The notes under the pieces were generated by a model, which worked only from the letters and a program-made list of their open reading frames with translations, was not told the origin of the DNA and did no database searches. The position numbers were made by a program, and so were the translations under genes. Source: a virus (Duplodnaviria; Heunggongvirae; Uroviricota; Caudoviricetes). From it: DNA of 64,000 nucleotides. The stretch's first letter is position 1; each line of letters begins with the position of its first letter. Of this stretch, positions 18,735 to 30,560 are shown in pieces. The stretch lies in the IMG/VR virus record IMGVR_UViG_2718218305_000006, one strand, 5' to 3'.

Positions 18735-21389
18735 GTGACCACGATGGCAGGTAATTTTGCCGATCTGACAGCCGTGCTGACACTGGATTCTGCCCGTTTT
18801 TCTGAAGAGGCAGCGCGGGTAAAAAAAGAGCTGGGTGAAACCAGTGCGCTTGCTGATTTGATGTCCGGGAAAGTCAGTCAGTCTTTCAGAAAACAGGCTG
18901 ATGCTGCTGAGCAGAGTCTGAGCCGACAGGCGCTGGCTGCACAAAAAGCCGGGATATCAGTCGGACAGTATAAGGCTGCCATGCGCACACTGCCCGCACA
19001 GTTCACGGATATTGTCACTCAGCTTGCCGGTGGTCAGAATCCCTTCCTTATCATGCTGCAGCAGGGGGGGCAGATCAGCGATTCATTCGGTGGACCGCTC
19101 AGCCTGCTTACCCTGCTGAAGGAGGAACTTCTCGGGATCAGGGATGCCTCTGAATCATCAGAGGAGTCGCTGTCAGATACGGCAAATGCACTGGCTGAAA
19201 ATGCCCGGAATGCCGGTGAGCTGGGACGATTTATGTCGGTGGCCCGTGTGGCGGCAGGTGGCGGGGTTGCCGTACTGGCCGCGCTTGCTGCCGCCGCCTG
19301 GCAGGCAGAGCAGGCTGACCGGGCCTTATTGCGTTCACTGACCCTGACCGGAGGGGCTGCTGCCACCACAACGGCAGAATTGTGGAAAATGGCCGGGGTG
19401 ATCAGCGATGAAGCCGGTGGTGGTATCAGACAGGCGGCAGAAAATCTGGCCCGTCTGGCAGAAAGCGGGAAATATACCGCCGGGCAGCTACGGATCATGG
19501 GGGAAACCTCTCAGAGATGGCTGCAGACGGTGGGGGACGATGCCGGGAAGGTGGAAAAAGCCTTTGAAGGGATTGCAGCAGATCCGGTGAAGGCGCTGGC
19601 CTCCCTGAATCAGCAGTATAACTTCCTGAGCGTTTCCCAGTTACGCCATATTGATGAGCTTGAGCGCACGAAAGGTAAACAGGCTGCGGTGACGGAGGCG
19701 ATGTCCCTGTTTGCGGATGTCATGAATGCACGTCTGGAGCAACTTGATAAAGCGGCCACGCCGGTGGAAAAAATCTGGGACGATGTTAAAACCTGGACTT
19801 CTGACGCATGGGCATGGATAGGTGATCATACACTGGGGGCACTCAGTCTGATCACTGACGTGGTGGCAGGAACCGTTGAACAGGTGAAGCTGCTGCTTGT
19901 GCAGGGGGATCTGGCGCTGGCTGAATTTATTCAGTCAGCCTGGGAAACGACAAAGAATGTGCCCGGCGTTGGTGCGTTGTTTGGTGAACTGGCAGAAGAG
20001 AACCGCGTATTTATTGAGAAAACAAAACGCGATGAACTGGCGCTGAGAAAATCCATTGCGGAACGGGATGCGCGTATACGCCAGGGGGAAATGGGGTACA
20101 TCAACCGTTCGCGTGCAACAGGCGTCAGCAAAGGTCCGGGGCAGCAGGAAGCCGTCAGCCGTCTGGCTGAAGAGCTGACAGGTAAAAAGCATACATCACC
20201 GAAAACGCGCTCTGCCGGGGAGAGGGAAGAGGAGCAGGCAAGAGAGGCTCTGCTTGCCCTTGAAGCTGAGCTCAGGACGCTGGAAAAACACAGCGGTGCG
20301 AATGAGAAAATCAGCCGGCAGCGCCGTGATTTATGGAAGGCGGAAAGTCAGTATGCGGTCCTGAAAGAGGCTGCCACGAAACGACAGTTATCTGAGCAGG
20401 AAAAATCCCTGCTGGCGCATAAAGACGAGACGCTGGAGTACAAACGCCAGCTGGCTGAGCTGGGCGACAAGGTTGAATACCAGAAACGCCTGAATGAGCT
20501 GGCACAGCAGGCGGTGCGGTTTGAAGAGCAGCAGAGCGCGAAGCAGGCCGCCATCAGCGCAAAAGCCCGCGGTCTCACTGACCGTCAGGCGCAGCGGGAG
20601 TCTGAAGCGCAGCGTCTTCGGGACGTGTACGGTGATAATCCGGCTGCGCTGGCGAAGGCCACATCGGCACTGAAGAACACCTGGTCTGCGGAGGAGCAGC
20701 TTCGTGGAAGCTGGCTGGCCGGGCTGAAGTCCGGCTGGGGGGAGTGGGCGGAAAGTGCGACGGACAGTTTTTCGCAGGTTAAAAGTGCTGCCACGCAGAC
20801 CTTTGACGGTATTGCACAGAATATGGCGGCGATGCTGACCGGTGCAGAGGCAGACTGGCGGGGATTCACCCGTTCGGTGCTGTCCATGATGACAGAAATC
20901 CTGCTTAAACAGGCCATGGTGGGCATTGTCGGGCGTATCGGCAGCGCCATTGGCGGTGCTTTCGGTGGTGGTGCATCTGCTTCCTCGGGGACGGCCATTG
21001 AGGCTGCGGCGGCGAACTTCCATTTCGCGACCGGAGGATTTACGGGGACGGGCGGCAAATATGAGCCTGCGGGGATAGTTCACCGCGGGGAGTTTGTTTT
21101 CACGAAAGAGGCAACCAGCCGGATAGGTGTGGGGAATCTTTACCGTCTGATGCGCGGCTATGCGGAAGGTGGTTATGTGGGTGGTGCCGGAAGTCCGGCG
21201 CAGATGCGGCGGGCGGAAGGTATTAATTTTAATCAGAACAATCACGTGGTGATTCAGAACGACGGCACCAACGGACAGGCGGGGCCGCAGCTGATGAAGG
21301 CGGTGTATGACATGGCCCGCAAGGGGGCGCAGGATGAGCTCCGGCTGCAGTTGCGTGATGGCGGTATGTTATCGGGGAGCGGGCGATGA
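18735..21389 (+). CDS. H: tail tape measure protein H
   Basis: 884 aa; C-terminal half colinear with lambda H (..LWKAESQ..HKDETLEYKRQLA..FHFATGGFTGTGGKYEPAGIVHRGEFVFTKEAT..). Confidence 0.9.
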   Translation: MTTMAGNFADLTAVLTLDSARFSEEAARVKKELGETSALADLMSGKVSQSFRKQADAAEQSLSRQALAAQKAGISVGQYKAAMRTLPAQFTDIVTQLAGGQNPFLIMLQQGGQISDSFGGPLSLLTLLKEELLGIRDASESSEESLSDTANALAENARNAGELGRFMSVARVAAGGGVAVLAALAAAAWQAEQADRALLRSLTLTGGAAATTTAELWKMAGVISDEAGGGIRQAAENLARLAESGKYTAGQLRIMGETSQRWLQTVGDDAGKVEKAFEGIAADPVKALASLNQQYNFLSVSQLRHIDELERTKGKQAAVTEAMSLFADVMNARLEQLDKAATPVEKIWDDVKTWTSDAWAWIGDHTLGALSLITDVVAGTVEQVKLLLVQGDLALAEFIQSAWETTKNVPGVGALFGELAEENRVFIEKTKRDELALRKSIAERDARIRQGEMGYINRSRATGVSKGPGQQEAVSRLAEELTGKKHTSPKTRSAGEREEEQAREALLALEAELRTLEKHSGANEKISRQRRDLWKAESQYAVLKEAATKRQLSEQEKSLLAHKDETLEYKRQLAELGDKVEYQKRLNELAQQAVRFEEQQSAKQAAISAKARGLTDRQAQRESEAQRLRDVYGDNPAALAKATSALKNTWSAEEQLRGSWLAGLKSGWGEWAESATDSFSQVKSAATQTFDGIAQNMAAMLTGAEADWRGFTRSVLSMMTEILLKQAMVGIVGRIGSAIGGAFGGGASASSGTAIEAAAANFHFATGGFTGTGGKYEPAGIVHRGEFVFTKEATSRIGVGNLYRLMRGYAEGGYVGGAGSPAQMRRAEGINFNQNNHVVIQNDGTNGQAGPQLMKAVYDMARKGAQDELRLQLRDGGMLSGSGR

Positions 21390-21715
21390 AAACATTTCGC
21401 TGGAAAGTGAAGCCGGATATGGAGGTGAACTCGCAGCCGTCGGTGCGTGAAGTGCGTTTTGGTGACGGGTACTCACAGCGTATGGCGGCAGGGCTGAATG
21501 CTGACCTGAAAACATACCGTGTGACGCTTTCCGTGACCCGGGAGGAGGCCCGGCATCTGGAAGCGTTCCTGGCAGAGCACGGAGGCTGGAAGGCATTTTT
21601 GTGGAAGCCACCCTATGCATACCGGCAGATAAAGGTGACCTGTGCCGGGTGGTCTGCGCGGGTCGGGATGTTGCGCGTTGAGTTCAGCGCGGAGTTTAAG
21701 CAGGTGGTGAACTGA
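21386..21715 (+). CDS. M: minor tail protein M
   Basis: 109 aa, lambda order after H. Confidence 0.85.
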   Translation: MKTFRWKVKPDMEVNSQPSVREVRFGDGYSQRMAAGLNADLKTYRVTLSVTREEARHLEAFLAEHGGWKAFLWKPPYAYRQIKVTCAGWSARVGMLRVEFSAEFKQVVN

Positions 21716-22413
21716 TGCAGGATATCCACGAAGAAAGTCTTAACGAGTCGGTAAAATCAGAGCAGTCACCGCGGGTGGTGCTCTGGGAAATTGACCTGAC
21801 GGTGCAGGGCGGTGAGCGCTATTTTTTCTGCAATGAGCTGAATGAAAAAGGGGAGGCGGTCACCTGGCAGGGGCGGCAATATCAGGCATACCCGATTGAC
21901 GGCAGTGGCTTTGAGATGAACGGGAAGGGCAGCAGTGCCAGACCGTCGCTGACGGTGTCCAATCTGTTTGGTCTGGTCACCGGGATGGCGGAGGACCTGC
22001 AGAGCCTGGTGGGGGCCACGGTGGTCCGCCGCCGGGTGTATGCCCGTTTTCTGGATGCGGTGAATTTTGTGGCGGGCAATCCGGAAGCGGACCCGGAGCA
22101 GGAGCTGAGCGACCGCTGGGTGGTGGAGCAGATGTCAGAGCTGACGGCCATGACAGCCTCGTTTGTGCTGGCAACACCGACGGAGACGGACGGGGCGCTG
22201 TTTCCTGGTCGCATCATGCTGGCGAACACCTGTATGTGGGATTACCGGGGAGATGAATGCGGGTATAACGGTCCTGCGGTGGCGGATGAGTTCGACAACC
22301 CCACCACGGATATCCGTAAGGACAGATGCAGCAAGTGCATGCGCGGGTGTGAGATGCGCGGCATGGTGGCTAATTTTGGCGGTTTCCTTTCCATTAATAA
22401 ACTTTCGCAGTAA
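21715..22413 (+). CDS. L: minor tail protein L
   Basis: 232 aa with C-terminal Cys cluster, lambda order. Confidence 0.85.
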   Translation: MQDIHEESLNESVKSEQSPRVVLWEIDLTVQGGERYFFCNELNEKGEAVTWQGRQYQAYPIDGSGFEMNGKGSSARPSLTVSNLFGLVTGMAEDLQSLVGATVVRRRVYARFLDAVNFVAGNPEADPEQELSDRWVVEQMSELTAMTASFVLATPTETDGALFPGRIMLANTCMWDYRGDECGYNGPAVADEFDNPTTDIRKDRCSKCMRGCEMRGMVANFGGFLSINKLSQ

Positions 22414-22423
22414 ATCCCGGTTT

Positions 22424-23167
22424 ATGACACAGACTGAATCAGCGATTCTGGCGCATGCCCGGCGGTGTGCGCCTGCGGAGTCGTGCGGCTTCGTGGTGAG
22501 AACGCCGGAGGGGGAGCGGTATATCCCTTGTGTGAATATCTCTGCAGAGCCGGAGGCGTATTTTCGTATTGCACCGGAAGACTGGCTGCGGGCAGAGATG
22601 CAGGGGGAGATTGTGGCACTGGTCCACAGTCATCCCGGTGGTCTGCCCTGGCTGAGCGAGGCCGACCGGCGGCTGCAGATAAAAAGTGCACTGTCCTGGT
22701 GGCTGGTCTGCCGGGGGGACATTCATAAATTCCGCTGTGTGCCACATCTGACAGGACGGCTCTTTGAGCACGGGGTGACGGACTGTTACACGCTGTTCCG
22801 GGATGCATACCATCTGGCGGGGACTGAAATGCCGGATTTTCATCGCGAGGATGACTGGTGGCGCAACGGCCAGAACCTGTACCTGGACAATATGGAGGGA
22901 ACGGGCTTTTACCGGGTGCCCCTGTCCTCTGCACAGGCGGGCGATATTCTGCTGTGCTGCTTTGGTGCTTCGGTACCGAACCATGCCGCCATTTACTGTG
23001 GCAACGGTGAGCTGCTTCACCATCTGCCTGAACAACTGAGTAAACGGGAGAGGTATTCCGAAAAATGGCAACGACGAACGCATTCTGTCTGGCGTCACCG
23101 CCACTGGCACGCATCTGCCTTCACGGGGATTTACAACGATTTGGCCGCCGCCTCAGCCTGTATGTGA
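22424..23167 (+). CDS. K: tail assembly protein K (MPN/NlpC-P60 domains)
   Basis: MTQTESAILAHARRCAPAESCGF..HSHPGG.. lambda K-like; the ORF-track upstream extension is not used. Confidence 0.85.
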   Translation: MTQTESAILAHARRCAPAESCGFVVRTPEGERYIPCVNISAEPEAYFRIAPEDWLRAEMQGEIVALVHSHPGGLPWLSEADRRLQIKSALSWWLVCRGDIHKFRCVPHLTGRLFEHGVTDCYTLFRDAYHLAGTEMPDFHREDDWWRNGQNLYLDNMEGTGFYRVPLSSAQAGDILLCCFGASVPNHAAIYCGNGELLHHLPEQLSKRERYSEKWQRRTHSVWRHRHWHASAFTGIYNDLAAASACM

Positions 23168-23742
23168 ACACGGCAGCGGAAGCCATCCGGGCGCTGTCGT
23201 TACAGGTGCCCGGATTCCGCCGTCAGATGAACGAAGGCTGGTACCAGATACGTATTGCCGGTGATGACACGGCACCGGAGGCGGTGTACGCCCGTCTTCA
23301 CGAACAGCTGGGTGAGGGAACGGTCATCCACATTGTGCCGCGACTGGCCGGGGCCGGAAAGGGTGGACTGCAGATTGTGCTGGGGGCGGCAGCCATCGTG
23401 GGCTCTTTCTTCACTGCCGGGGCATCGATGGCGTTATGGGGTTCAGCCCTGGCAGCCGGTGGTTTTTCTGCCACCACGATGCTGTTTTCTCTGGGGGCCA
23501 GCATGATTCTGGGTGGTGTGGCCCAGATGCTGGCCCCGAAGGCAAAAACACCGGATTACCGCGCAACGGATAACGGCAGACAGAACACGTACTTTTCGTC
23601 ACTGGACAACATGATTGCCCAGGGTAACCCGATGCCGGTGCCTTATGGTGAAATGCTGGTTGGTTCACGACGGATATCCCAGGACATCAGCACCCGTGAT
23701 GAGGGCGGAGACGGGAAAGTGGTGGTTATCGGGCGGGGATGA
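23065..23742 (+). CDS. I: tail assembly protein I
   Basis: 225 aa, ..ARICLHGDLQRFGRR..QNTYFSSLDNM..; overlaps the K 3' end as in lambda. Confidence 0.8.
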   Translation: MATTNAFCLASPPLARICLHGDLQRFGRRLSLYVNTAAEAIRALSLQVPGFRRQMNEGWYQIRIAGDDTAPEAVYARLHEQLGEGTVIHIVPRLAGAGKGGLQIVLGAAAIVGSFFTAGASMALWGSALAAGGFSATTMLFSLGASMILGGVAQMLAPKAKTPDYRATDNGRQNTYFSSLDNMIAQGNPMPVPYGEMLVGSRRISQDISTRDEGGDGKVVVIGRG

Positions 23743-23982
23743 AAATAAAAAAATCCCGCAGAGTTAGCGGAGCTGCGGGAGAGAACGATGAAGATTAACG
23801 TTATGGAGTTATTTTTCAGGCATCAAAAAAGTAACGCAGCGTCATTATTGCGGCTACAGGCAATTGCCGGAAATGTGAAGAGTTTCAGAAATTTTATTCC
23901 GTCATGACACAGGCACCCTCCGGGGTGCCTGTTGTTTTCTGGCATAAACAGATTCAGACATCAGACAGGAGAGGGGGACAGA

Positions 23983-26900
23983 GTGGGTAAAGGGGGCGGC
24001 AAGGGGCACACGCCGGTAGAGGCAAAGGACAATCTTAAGTCCACGCAGATGATGAGCGTGATTGACGCCATTGGTGAAGGGCCGATTGAAGGTCCGGTGA
24101 AGGGGCTGCAGAGTATCCTGGTGAACAAAACCCCGCTGACGGACACGGACGGTAATCCCGTGATACACGGTGTGACCGCGGTCTGGCGTGCCGGGGAGCA
24201 GGAGCAGACACCGCCGGAAGGTTTTGAGTCCTCCGGAGCTGAAACCGCACTGGGCGTGGAAGTGACGAAGGCAAAGCCGGTGACGCGCACCATTACGTCC
24301 GCGAACATTGACCGCCTGCGGGTCACCTTCGGGGTGCAGTCACTGGTGCAGACCACGTCAAAGGGTGACCGAAACCCGACATCCGTCCGCCTGCTGATTC
24401 AGTTACAGCGTAACGGTAACTGGGTGACGGAAAAGGATGTCACCATTAACGGCAAGACAACCTCGCAGTTTCTGGCGTCGGTGATTCTGGATAATCTGCC
24501 TCCCCGTCCTTTTAACATCCGGATGGTCAGGGAGACGGCGGACAGCACCACGGACCAGCTGCAGAATAAGACGCTGTGGTCGTCATACACCGAAATCATC
24601 GATGTGAAACAGTGCTACCCGAACACGGCTATTGTGGGGCTGCAGGTGGATGCGGAGCAGTTCGGCGGCCAGCAGATGACGGTGAACTACCATATCCGCG
24701 GTCGCATCATCCAGGTGCCGTCAAACTATGACCCGGAAAAACGCACGTACAGTGGTATCTGGGACGGTAGCCTGAAACCGGCATACAGCAATAACCCGGC
24801 CTGGTGCCTGTGGGACATGCTGACCCACCCGCGCTACGGAATGGGAAAACGCCTGGGGGCGGCGGATGTGGACAAGTGGGCGCTGTATGCCATTGCGCAG
24901 TACTGCGACCAGATGGTCCCTGATGGTTTCGGGGGCACAGAGCCGCGGATGACCTTTAATGCGTACCTGTCACAACAGCGTAAGGCGTGGGATGTGCTCA
25001 GTGATTTCTGCTCGGCGATGCGCTGTATGCCGGTATGGAACGGCCAGACGCTGACGTTCGTTCAGGACCGCCCGTCGGATGTGGTGTGGCCGTACACCAA
25101 CAGCGATGTGGTGGTGGATGATAACGGCGTGGGGTTTCGCTACAGCTTCAGCGCCCTGAAGGACCGCCACACGGCGGTGGAGGTGAATTACACCGACCCG
25201 CAGAACGGCTGGCAGACCTCCACGGAACTGGTGGAAGACCCGGAAGCCATACTGCGCTACGGGCGCAACCTGCTGAAGATGGATGCGTTCGGCTGCACCA
25301 GTCGCGGTCAGGCCCACCGTGCCGGGCTGTGGGTGATAAAGACCGGACTGCTGGAAACGCAGACGGTGGATTTCACGCTCGGGTCACAGGGGCTGCGTCA
25401 CACACCCGGTGACATTATTGAAATCTGTGATAACGACTATGCCGGGACCATGACCGGCGGACGTATCCTGTCCATCGATGCCGCCAGCCGCACCCTGACG
25501 CTGGACCGTGAGGTGACCCTGCCGGAGACCGGTGCCGCCACGGTGAACCTGATTAACGGCAGCGGTAAGCCGGTGAGTGTGGACATCACCGCACACCCCG
25601 CGCCGGACCGGATACAGGTCAGCACCCTGCCGGATGGCGTGGAGACATACGGTGTGTGGGGGCTCTCCCTGCCGTCACTGCGTCGTCGCCTGTTCCGCTG
25701 TGTCTCCATACGGGAAAACACGGACGGCACCTTTGCCATCACGGCGGTGCAGCACGTACCGGAAAAAGAAGCCATCGTGGATAACGGGGCCAGCTTTGAG
25801 CCGCAGTCAGGCACCCTGAACAGCGTTATTCCACCGGCAGTGCAGCACCTGACGGTGGAGGTGAGCGCGGCTGACGGTCAGTATCTGGCACAGGCGAAAT
25901 GGGACACGCCGCGGGTGGTGAAGGGTGTGCGCTTCAGTCTGCGCCTGACCAGCGGAAGCGGAGAAGACAGCCGTCTGGTGACCACCGCCATCACTGCGGA
26001 TACAGAGCATCGTTTCAGTGGTCTGCCGCCCGGGGAATACACCCTGACAGTCAGGGCAATTAACAGTTATGGCCAGCAGGGCGAACCGGCCACCACCACG
26101 TTCAGGATTAATGCACCTGCGGTACCCGCCACGATTGAGCTGACACCGGGCTATTTTCAGATAACAGCGGTCCCGCGTCTTGCGGTGTATGACCCGACGG
26201 TACAGTTTGAGTTCTGGTTTTCGGAGACAAAAATCGCAGACACATCTCAGGTGGAAACCTCTGCCCGTTATCTGGGGACCGGCAGTCAGTGGAGTGTATC
26301 CGGCCCGCACATTAAGCCCGGGAAGGATTTCTGGTTTTACGTGCGCAGCGTCAACCTGGTGGGGAAATCTGCTTTTGTGGAAGCCAGTGGCCGGGCCAGC
26401 AATGATGCAGAAGGGTATCTGGGGCTGTTTCGGGAAAAAATAGGAAAACTGCATCTGGCTCAGGGGCTGTGGGAGCTGATAGACAACAGCCAGCTTGCGG
26501 ATGAGATGGCGGAGATGAAGACCACCATCACCGAAACCCGCAATGAAATCACACAGACGGTCAGTAAAACGCTGGAAGACCAGAGCGCCACCATACAGCA
26601 GATACAGCGCGTGCAGAAGGACACAAATGATGACCTGGCTGCGCTGTACATGCTGAAGGTTCAAAAAACGAAAGACGGCATTCCCTATGTGGCCGGGATT
26701 GGTGCAGGGATTGAGGATACTGATGGCCAGCCACTGAGCAACATACTGCTGCTGGCTGACCGTATCGCGATGATAAATCCGGAGAGCGGCAACAGCACGC
26801 CGTTATTTGTGGCGCAGGGGAATCAGCTGTTCATGAACGACGTGTTCCTGAAACGACTGTTTGCGGTGAGCATCACGTCATCCGGCAATCCTCCGGCATT

Positions 26901-27459
26901 TTCCCTGACGCCGGACGGGCGACTGACGGCGAAAAATGCGGATATCAGTGGCAGTGTGAATGCGAACTCAGGGACGCTCAACAACGTCACGATTAATGAG
27001 AACTGTCAGATTAAGGGGAAACTGTCAGCCAACCAGATTGAAGGTGATATTGTCAAAACGGTCAGCAAGTCTTTCCCCCGCACGAGCACTTATGCCAGTG
27101 GCACCATCACGGTAAGAATCAGTGATGATCAGAAGTTTGACCGGCAGGTCATGATACCGCCAGTGTTATTCCGCGGTGGTAAGCATGAGAATTTCAACAG
27201 TAATAACCAACAGTCATATTGGTATTCAACCTGCCGGTTAAGAGTGACCCGCAATGGTCAGGAGATTTTTAATCAGTCCACGACGGATGCTCAGGGCGTA
27301 TTTTCCTCAGTTATAGATATGCCTGCCGGACAGGGGACGCTGACACTGACATTCACCGTATCTTCATCAGGAGCGAATAACTGGACACCAACAACCAGTA
27401 TCAGCGATCTGCTGGTTGTGGTGATGAAAAAATCCACAGCAGGTATCAGTATCAGCTGA
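23983..27459 (+). CDS. J: host specificity / central tail fibre protein J
   Basis: GTG start giving [22 protein letters not shown].. (lambda J N-terminus pattern); about 1158 aa. Confidence 0.9.
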   Translation: MGKGGGKGHTPVEAKDNLKSTQMMSVIDAIGEGPIEGPVKGLQSILVNKTPLTDTDGNPVIHGVTAVWRAGEQEQTPPEGFESSGAETALGVEVTKAKPVTRTITSANIDRLRVTFGVQSLVQTTSKGDRNPTSVRLLIQLQRNGNWVTEKDVTINGKTTSQFLASVILDNLPPRPFNIRMVRETADSTTDQLQNKTLWSSYTEIIDVKQCYPNTAIVGLQVDAEQFGGQQMTVNYHIRGRIIQVPSNYDPEKRTYSGIWDGSLKPAYSNNPAWCLWDMLTHPRYGMGKRLGAADVDKWALYAIAQYCDQMVPDGFGGTEPRMTFNAYLSQQRKAWDVLSDFCSAMRCMPVWNGQTLTFVQDRPSDVVWPYTNSDVVVDDNGVGFRYSFSALKDRHTAVEVNYTDPQNGWQTSTELVEDPEAILRYGRNLLKMDAFGCTSRGQAHRAGLWVIKTGLLETQTVDFTLGSQGLRHTPGDIIEICDNDYAGTMTGGRILSIDAASRTLTLDREVTLPETGAATVNLINGSGKPVSVDITAHPAPDRIQVSTLPDGVETYGVWGLSLPSLRRRLFRCVSIRENTDGTFAITAVQHVPEKEAIVDNGASFEPQSGTLNSVIPPAVQHLTVEVSAADGQYLAQAKWDTPRVVKGVRFSLRLTSGSGEDSRLVTTAITADTEHRFSGLPPGEYTLTVRAINSYGQQGEPATTTFRINAPAVPATIELTPGYFQITAVPRLAVYDPTVQFEFWFSETKIADTSQVETSARYLGTGSQWSVSGPHIKPGKDFWFYVRSVNLVGKSAFVEASGRASNDAEGYLGLFREKIGKLHLAQGLWELIDNSQLADEMAEMKTTITETRNEITQTVSKTLEDQSATIQQIQRVQKDTNDDLAALYMLKVQKTKDGIPYVAGIGAGIEDTDGQPLSNILLLADRIAMINPESGNSTPLFVAQGNQLFMNDVFLKRLFAVSITSSGNPPAFSLTPDGRLTAKNADISGSVNANSGTLNNVTINENCQIKGKLSANQIEGDIVKTVSKSFPRTSTYASGTITVRISDDQKFDRQVMIPPVLFRGGKHENFNSNNQQSYWYSTCRLRVTRNGQEIFNQSTTDAQGVFSSVIDMPAGQGTLTLTFTVSSSGANNWTPTTSISDLLVVVMKKSTAGISIS

Positions 27460-27525
27460 ATTTTATAACCCATAACGGGCGTCAGAAATGACGCCTTTTT
27501 TATTGCAGAAAAGCGAGAGGTAATT

Positions 27526-28125
27526 ATGCGTAAACTTTATGCCGCCATTTTGTCCGCAGCCATCTGTCTGGCCGTATCCGGTGCGCCTGCATGGGCGTCT
27601 GAACATCAGTCCACGCTGAGCGCGGGCTATCTTCATGCCTCGACGAACGTTTCCGGCAGCGATGATCTGAACGGGATTAACGTGAAATACCGTTATGAGT
27701 TTACGGACACTCTGGGAATGGTGACGTCATTCAGCTATGCAGGAGACAGGAATCGCCAGCTTACCCGTTACAGCGATACCCGCTGGCATGAAGATTCCGT
27801 TCGTAACCGCTGGTTCAGCGTAATGGCGGGGCCGTCTGTGCGCGTGAATGAATGGTTCAGCGCGTATGCGATGGCGGGTGTGGCTTACAGCCGTGTGTCG
27901 ACTTTCTCCGGGGATTATCTCCGCGTAACTGACAACAAGGGGAAAACGCACGACGTGCTGACCGGAAGTGATGACGGTCGCCACAGCAACACGTCTCTGG
28001 CGTGGGGGGCTGGCGTGCAGTTTAACCCGACCGAATCCGTGGCCATTGATATTGCTTATGAAGGCTCCGGCAGTGGCGACTGGCGCACTGACGGTTTCAT
28101 CGTGGGTGTCGGTTATAAGTTCTGA
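27526..28125 (+). CDS. lom: outer membrane protein Lom (Ail/Lom family)
   Basis: Signal peptide [24 protein letters not shown], beta-barrel-like alternating pattern ending ..GVGYKF; position after J. Confidence 0.85.
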   Translation: MRKLYAAILSAAICLAVSGAPAWASEHQSTLSAGYLHASTNVSGSDDLNGINVKYRYEFTDTLGMVTSFSYAGDRNRQLTRYSDTRWHEDSVRNRWFSVMAGPSVRVNEWFSAYAMAGVAYSRVSTFSGDYLRVTDNKGKTHDVLTGSDDGRHSNTSLAWGAGVQFNPTESVAIDIAYEGSGSGDWRTDGFIVGVGYKF

Positions 28126-28152
28126 TTAGCCAGGTAACACAGTGTTATGACA

Positions 28153-28179
28153 GCCCGCCGGTTCAGGCGGGCTTTTTTG
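28153..28179 (+). terminator. rho-independent terminator after lom
   Basis: GCCCGCC-GGTTCA-GGCGGGC followed by TTTTTT. Confidence 0.5.
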
Positions 28180-28189
28180 TGGGGTGAAT

Positions 28190-29503
28190 ATGGCAGTAAA
28201 GATTTCAGGTGTACTGAAAGACGGCACAGGAAAACCGGTAGAGAACTGCACCATTCAACTGAAAGCCAGACGGACCAGCAGCACGGTGGTGGTGAACACG
28301 GTGGCCTCTGAAAATCCGGATGAAGCCGGTCGTTACAGCATGGACGTTGAGTACGGTCAGTACAGCGTCATTCTGTTGGTGGAGGGCTTCCCGCCGTCAC
28401 ATGCCGGGACCATCACCGTGTATGAAGATTCTCAACCCGGTACGCTGAATGATTTTCTCGGTGCCATGTCGGAGGATGACGTCCGGCCGGAGGCACTGCG
28501 CCGTTTTGAACTGATGGTGGAAGAGGTGGCGCGTCACGCTGAGGAGGCGAAGAAGAATGCCGGAGAGGCGGAGACGTCAGCGAGGAATGCCGGCATATCA
28601 GCCAGTCAGGCAGAAGAGAGCGCTGCAAATGCTGACACTTCAGCAGGGGATGCATCGGAGTCAGCCCGGCAGGCGGCAGAAAGTGCAGCCGCTGCAAAGC
28701 AGTCAGAGGAGGCGTCCTCGTCCTCGGCCTCTGCGGCCGCTCAAAAAGCCAGTGAGTCATCACAAAGTGCAGCAGAAGCTGAATTGTCAAGAAAGACGGC
28801 AGAAAGTGCAGCCGGTAATGCAGCCAGGGATGCAACGACCGCAGCAGAAAAAGCCCGGGAGTCAGCAGAAAGCGCACAGTCAGCGGAACAAAGCAGGATA
28901 GCGGCGGAAGAGGCCGTAAACCGAATCCCCACCGTGGTGGGGCCTCCCGGGCCAAAGGGGGAACAGGGTCCCGCGGGTCCTCAGGGGCCGAAGGGAGATA
29001 AAGGAGAGCGTGGCGACACCGGCCCGGCAGGGGCAACCGGTGAACGGGGGCCGGCAGGTGATGCTGGTCCGGCAGGCCCGCCGGGGCCGAAAGGTGACAG
29101 GGGAGAGCGGGGAGAGACCGGTCTGACGGGAAATGCAGGTCCACAGGGTCCAAAGGGAGATACCGGTGCGGCAGGCCCGGCAGGCCCACAGGGACCGAAA
29201 GGAGAAACAGGTGCGGCTGGCCCGGTGGGGGCGACCGGACCTCAGGGACCGAAGGGCGACCCGGGGGAGACGCAAATACGGTTCCGTCTGGGGCCGGGAA
29301 ACATTATTGAGACAAACAGCCATGGCTGGTTCCCGGATACAGATGGCGCACTCATCACCGGACTGACCTTTCTTGACCCCAAAGATGCCACACGGGTTCA
29401 GGGTTTTTTTCAGCATTTGCAGGTCAGGTTTGGTGACGGGCCGTGGCAGGATGTTAAGGGGCTGGATGAAGTGGGCAGTGATACAGGCAGAACAGGAGAA
29501 TGA
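28190..29503 (+). CDS. side tail fibre-like protein with collagen-like Gly-X-Y repeats
   Basis: Ala/Ser/Glu-rich coiled segment then long GPxGxxGxxG triplet run (about 28930..29280). Confidence 0.7.
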   Translation: MAVKISGVLKDGTGKPVENCTIQLKARRTSSTVVVNTVASENPDEAGRYSMDVEYGQYSVILLVEGFPPSHAGTITVYEDSQPGTLNDFLGAMSEDDVRPEALRRFELMVEEVARHAEEAKKNAGEAETSARNAGISASQAEESAANADTSAGDASESARQAAESAAAAKQSEEASSSSASAAAQKASESSQSAAEAELSRKTAESAAGNAARDATTAAEKARESAESAQSAEQSRIAAEEAVNRIPTVVGPPGPKGEQGPAGPQGPKGDKGERGDTGPAGATGERGPAGDAGPAGPPGPKGDRGERGETGLTGNAGPQGPKGDTGAAGPAGPQGPKGETGAAGPVGATGPQGPKGDPGETQIRFRLGPGNIIETNSHGWFPDTDGALITGLTFLDPKDATRVQGFFQHLQVRFGDGPWQDVKGLDEVGSDTGRTGE

Positions 29504-29506
29504 CAT

Positions 29507-29774
29507 GAACATATTAAAAAAAATTATGCAGCGTCTGTGTGGTTGCGGAAAGCATGATGACCGTGAACACGGGGAGTTACTTACAGCACAGCTGCGACTG
29601 GGACCGGCAGACATCCTGGAGTCAGATGAGAATGGCATTATCCCGGAGCAGGACAGGGTAATCACGCAGGTGGTGATACTGGATGCGGATAAAAAGCAGA
29701 TACAGTGCGTGGTAAGACCGCTGCAAATCCTGCGTGCTGACGGGACGTGGGAAAATATTGGCGGGATGAAGTAA
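29507..29774 (+). CDS. hypothetical protein (88 aa) downstream of tail fibre gene
   Basis: Internal ATG of ORF 29373..29774 just after the fibre stop; [19 protein letters not shown].. Confidence 0.35.
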
Positions 29775-29792
29775 CCCGACAGCTTCACAAAA

Positions 29793-29814
29793 CCGGAGTC
29801 CGGCTCCGGTTTTG
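29793..29814 (+). terminator. rho-independent terminator
   Basis: CCGGAG-TCCGG-CTCCGG hairpin followed by TTTTGTG. Confidence 0.45.
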
Positions 29815-30140
29815 TGTTGCAATGTCCGGGGGATATTTGTTAAGTAGATTGTATTGTATGTAAAGGCAGAGCTCCGAATTTTACTGTTGTAAGTGGGCCT
29901 GGCGGGAATGGTATCGCCAGCATCATTGGCTTGGGTCCAGTAAAAAGAGACGCAGAAAGATGCACAATAGGCACTACGCGTCATGCATGGATTAGGTCGC
30001 TCATTATTTACACAGTACTGCTAAAAAATTATTAAGGAAAGCGCGGCACTTCGTATGTAAGAGCGTGTCGCGGTTGGCTGGTGAACTTTCGATAGTGCGA
30101 GTATTGAATGATTTCCAGCCGTTACCGATTTACGTGTTTA

Positions 30141-30347
30141 TTAGCGAACAAACCACTCGTCAGCAGACTCCCAGGTATCTTTCAGCGTCTCCTGAACAAA
30201 AGTTTTTGCAGAATCTTTATCGGCGGTGCGAGTAACTGAAAGGCCATCGTTGCTGGTGGATTTGATGATCACTTCTACATCGTCATAACGTTTACTGACA
30301 CGTCGCAGCATTTCTTGTTGCAGGGCAGGAACAGAACCTTTTGGCAT
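30141..30347 (-). CDS. DinI-like protein
   Basis: 68-aa product from an internal ATG; C-terminus ..[20 protein letters not shown] resembles the DinI family end (..ILQETWESADDWFV). Confidence 0.6.
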   Translation of the reverse strand: MPKGSVPALQQEMLRRVSKRYDDVEVIIKSTSNDGLSVTRTADKDSAKTFVQETLKDTWESADEWFVR

Positions 30348-30560
30348 TTTGTTGATTTTGGCTGCGGGGTATCTGTGGGGCATATATGGGACATAAAAAG
30401 GCCTCAAATAAACAGCAAAATCGAGATTAGGGATTTTTAGAAAAAATACAACCATCTGAAAAAACTTAGAAAACACCCAAAAACCCACAGAATAGTAAAA
30501 AACATCTATGAATTATGGATTTCAAGAGTCATTCAATCTAACTAATTGATAAATAAAAAA

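Noticed and set aside
20388-21245. 285-aa minus-strand ORF inside the tape measure gene
   Set aside because: Fully antisense to a well-supported lambda H homologue; GC-rich antisense frames commonly stay open.
22163-22423. N-terminal extension of the K ORF in the ORF track
   Set aside because: It overlaps the end of L and begins at a non-ATG codon; the lambda K N-terminus MTQTESAIL starts at 22424.
28413-29189. 258-aa proline-rich ORF on the minus strand
   Set aside because: It is the antisense reading of the collagen-like Gly-X-Y repeat region of the side tail fibre gene; a compositional artefact.
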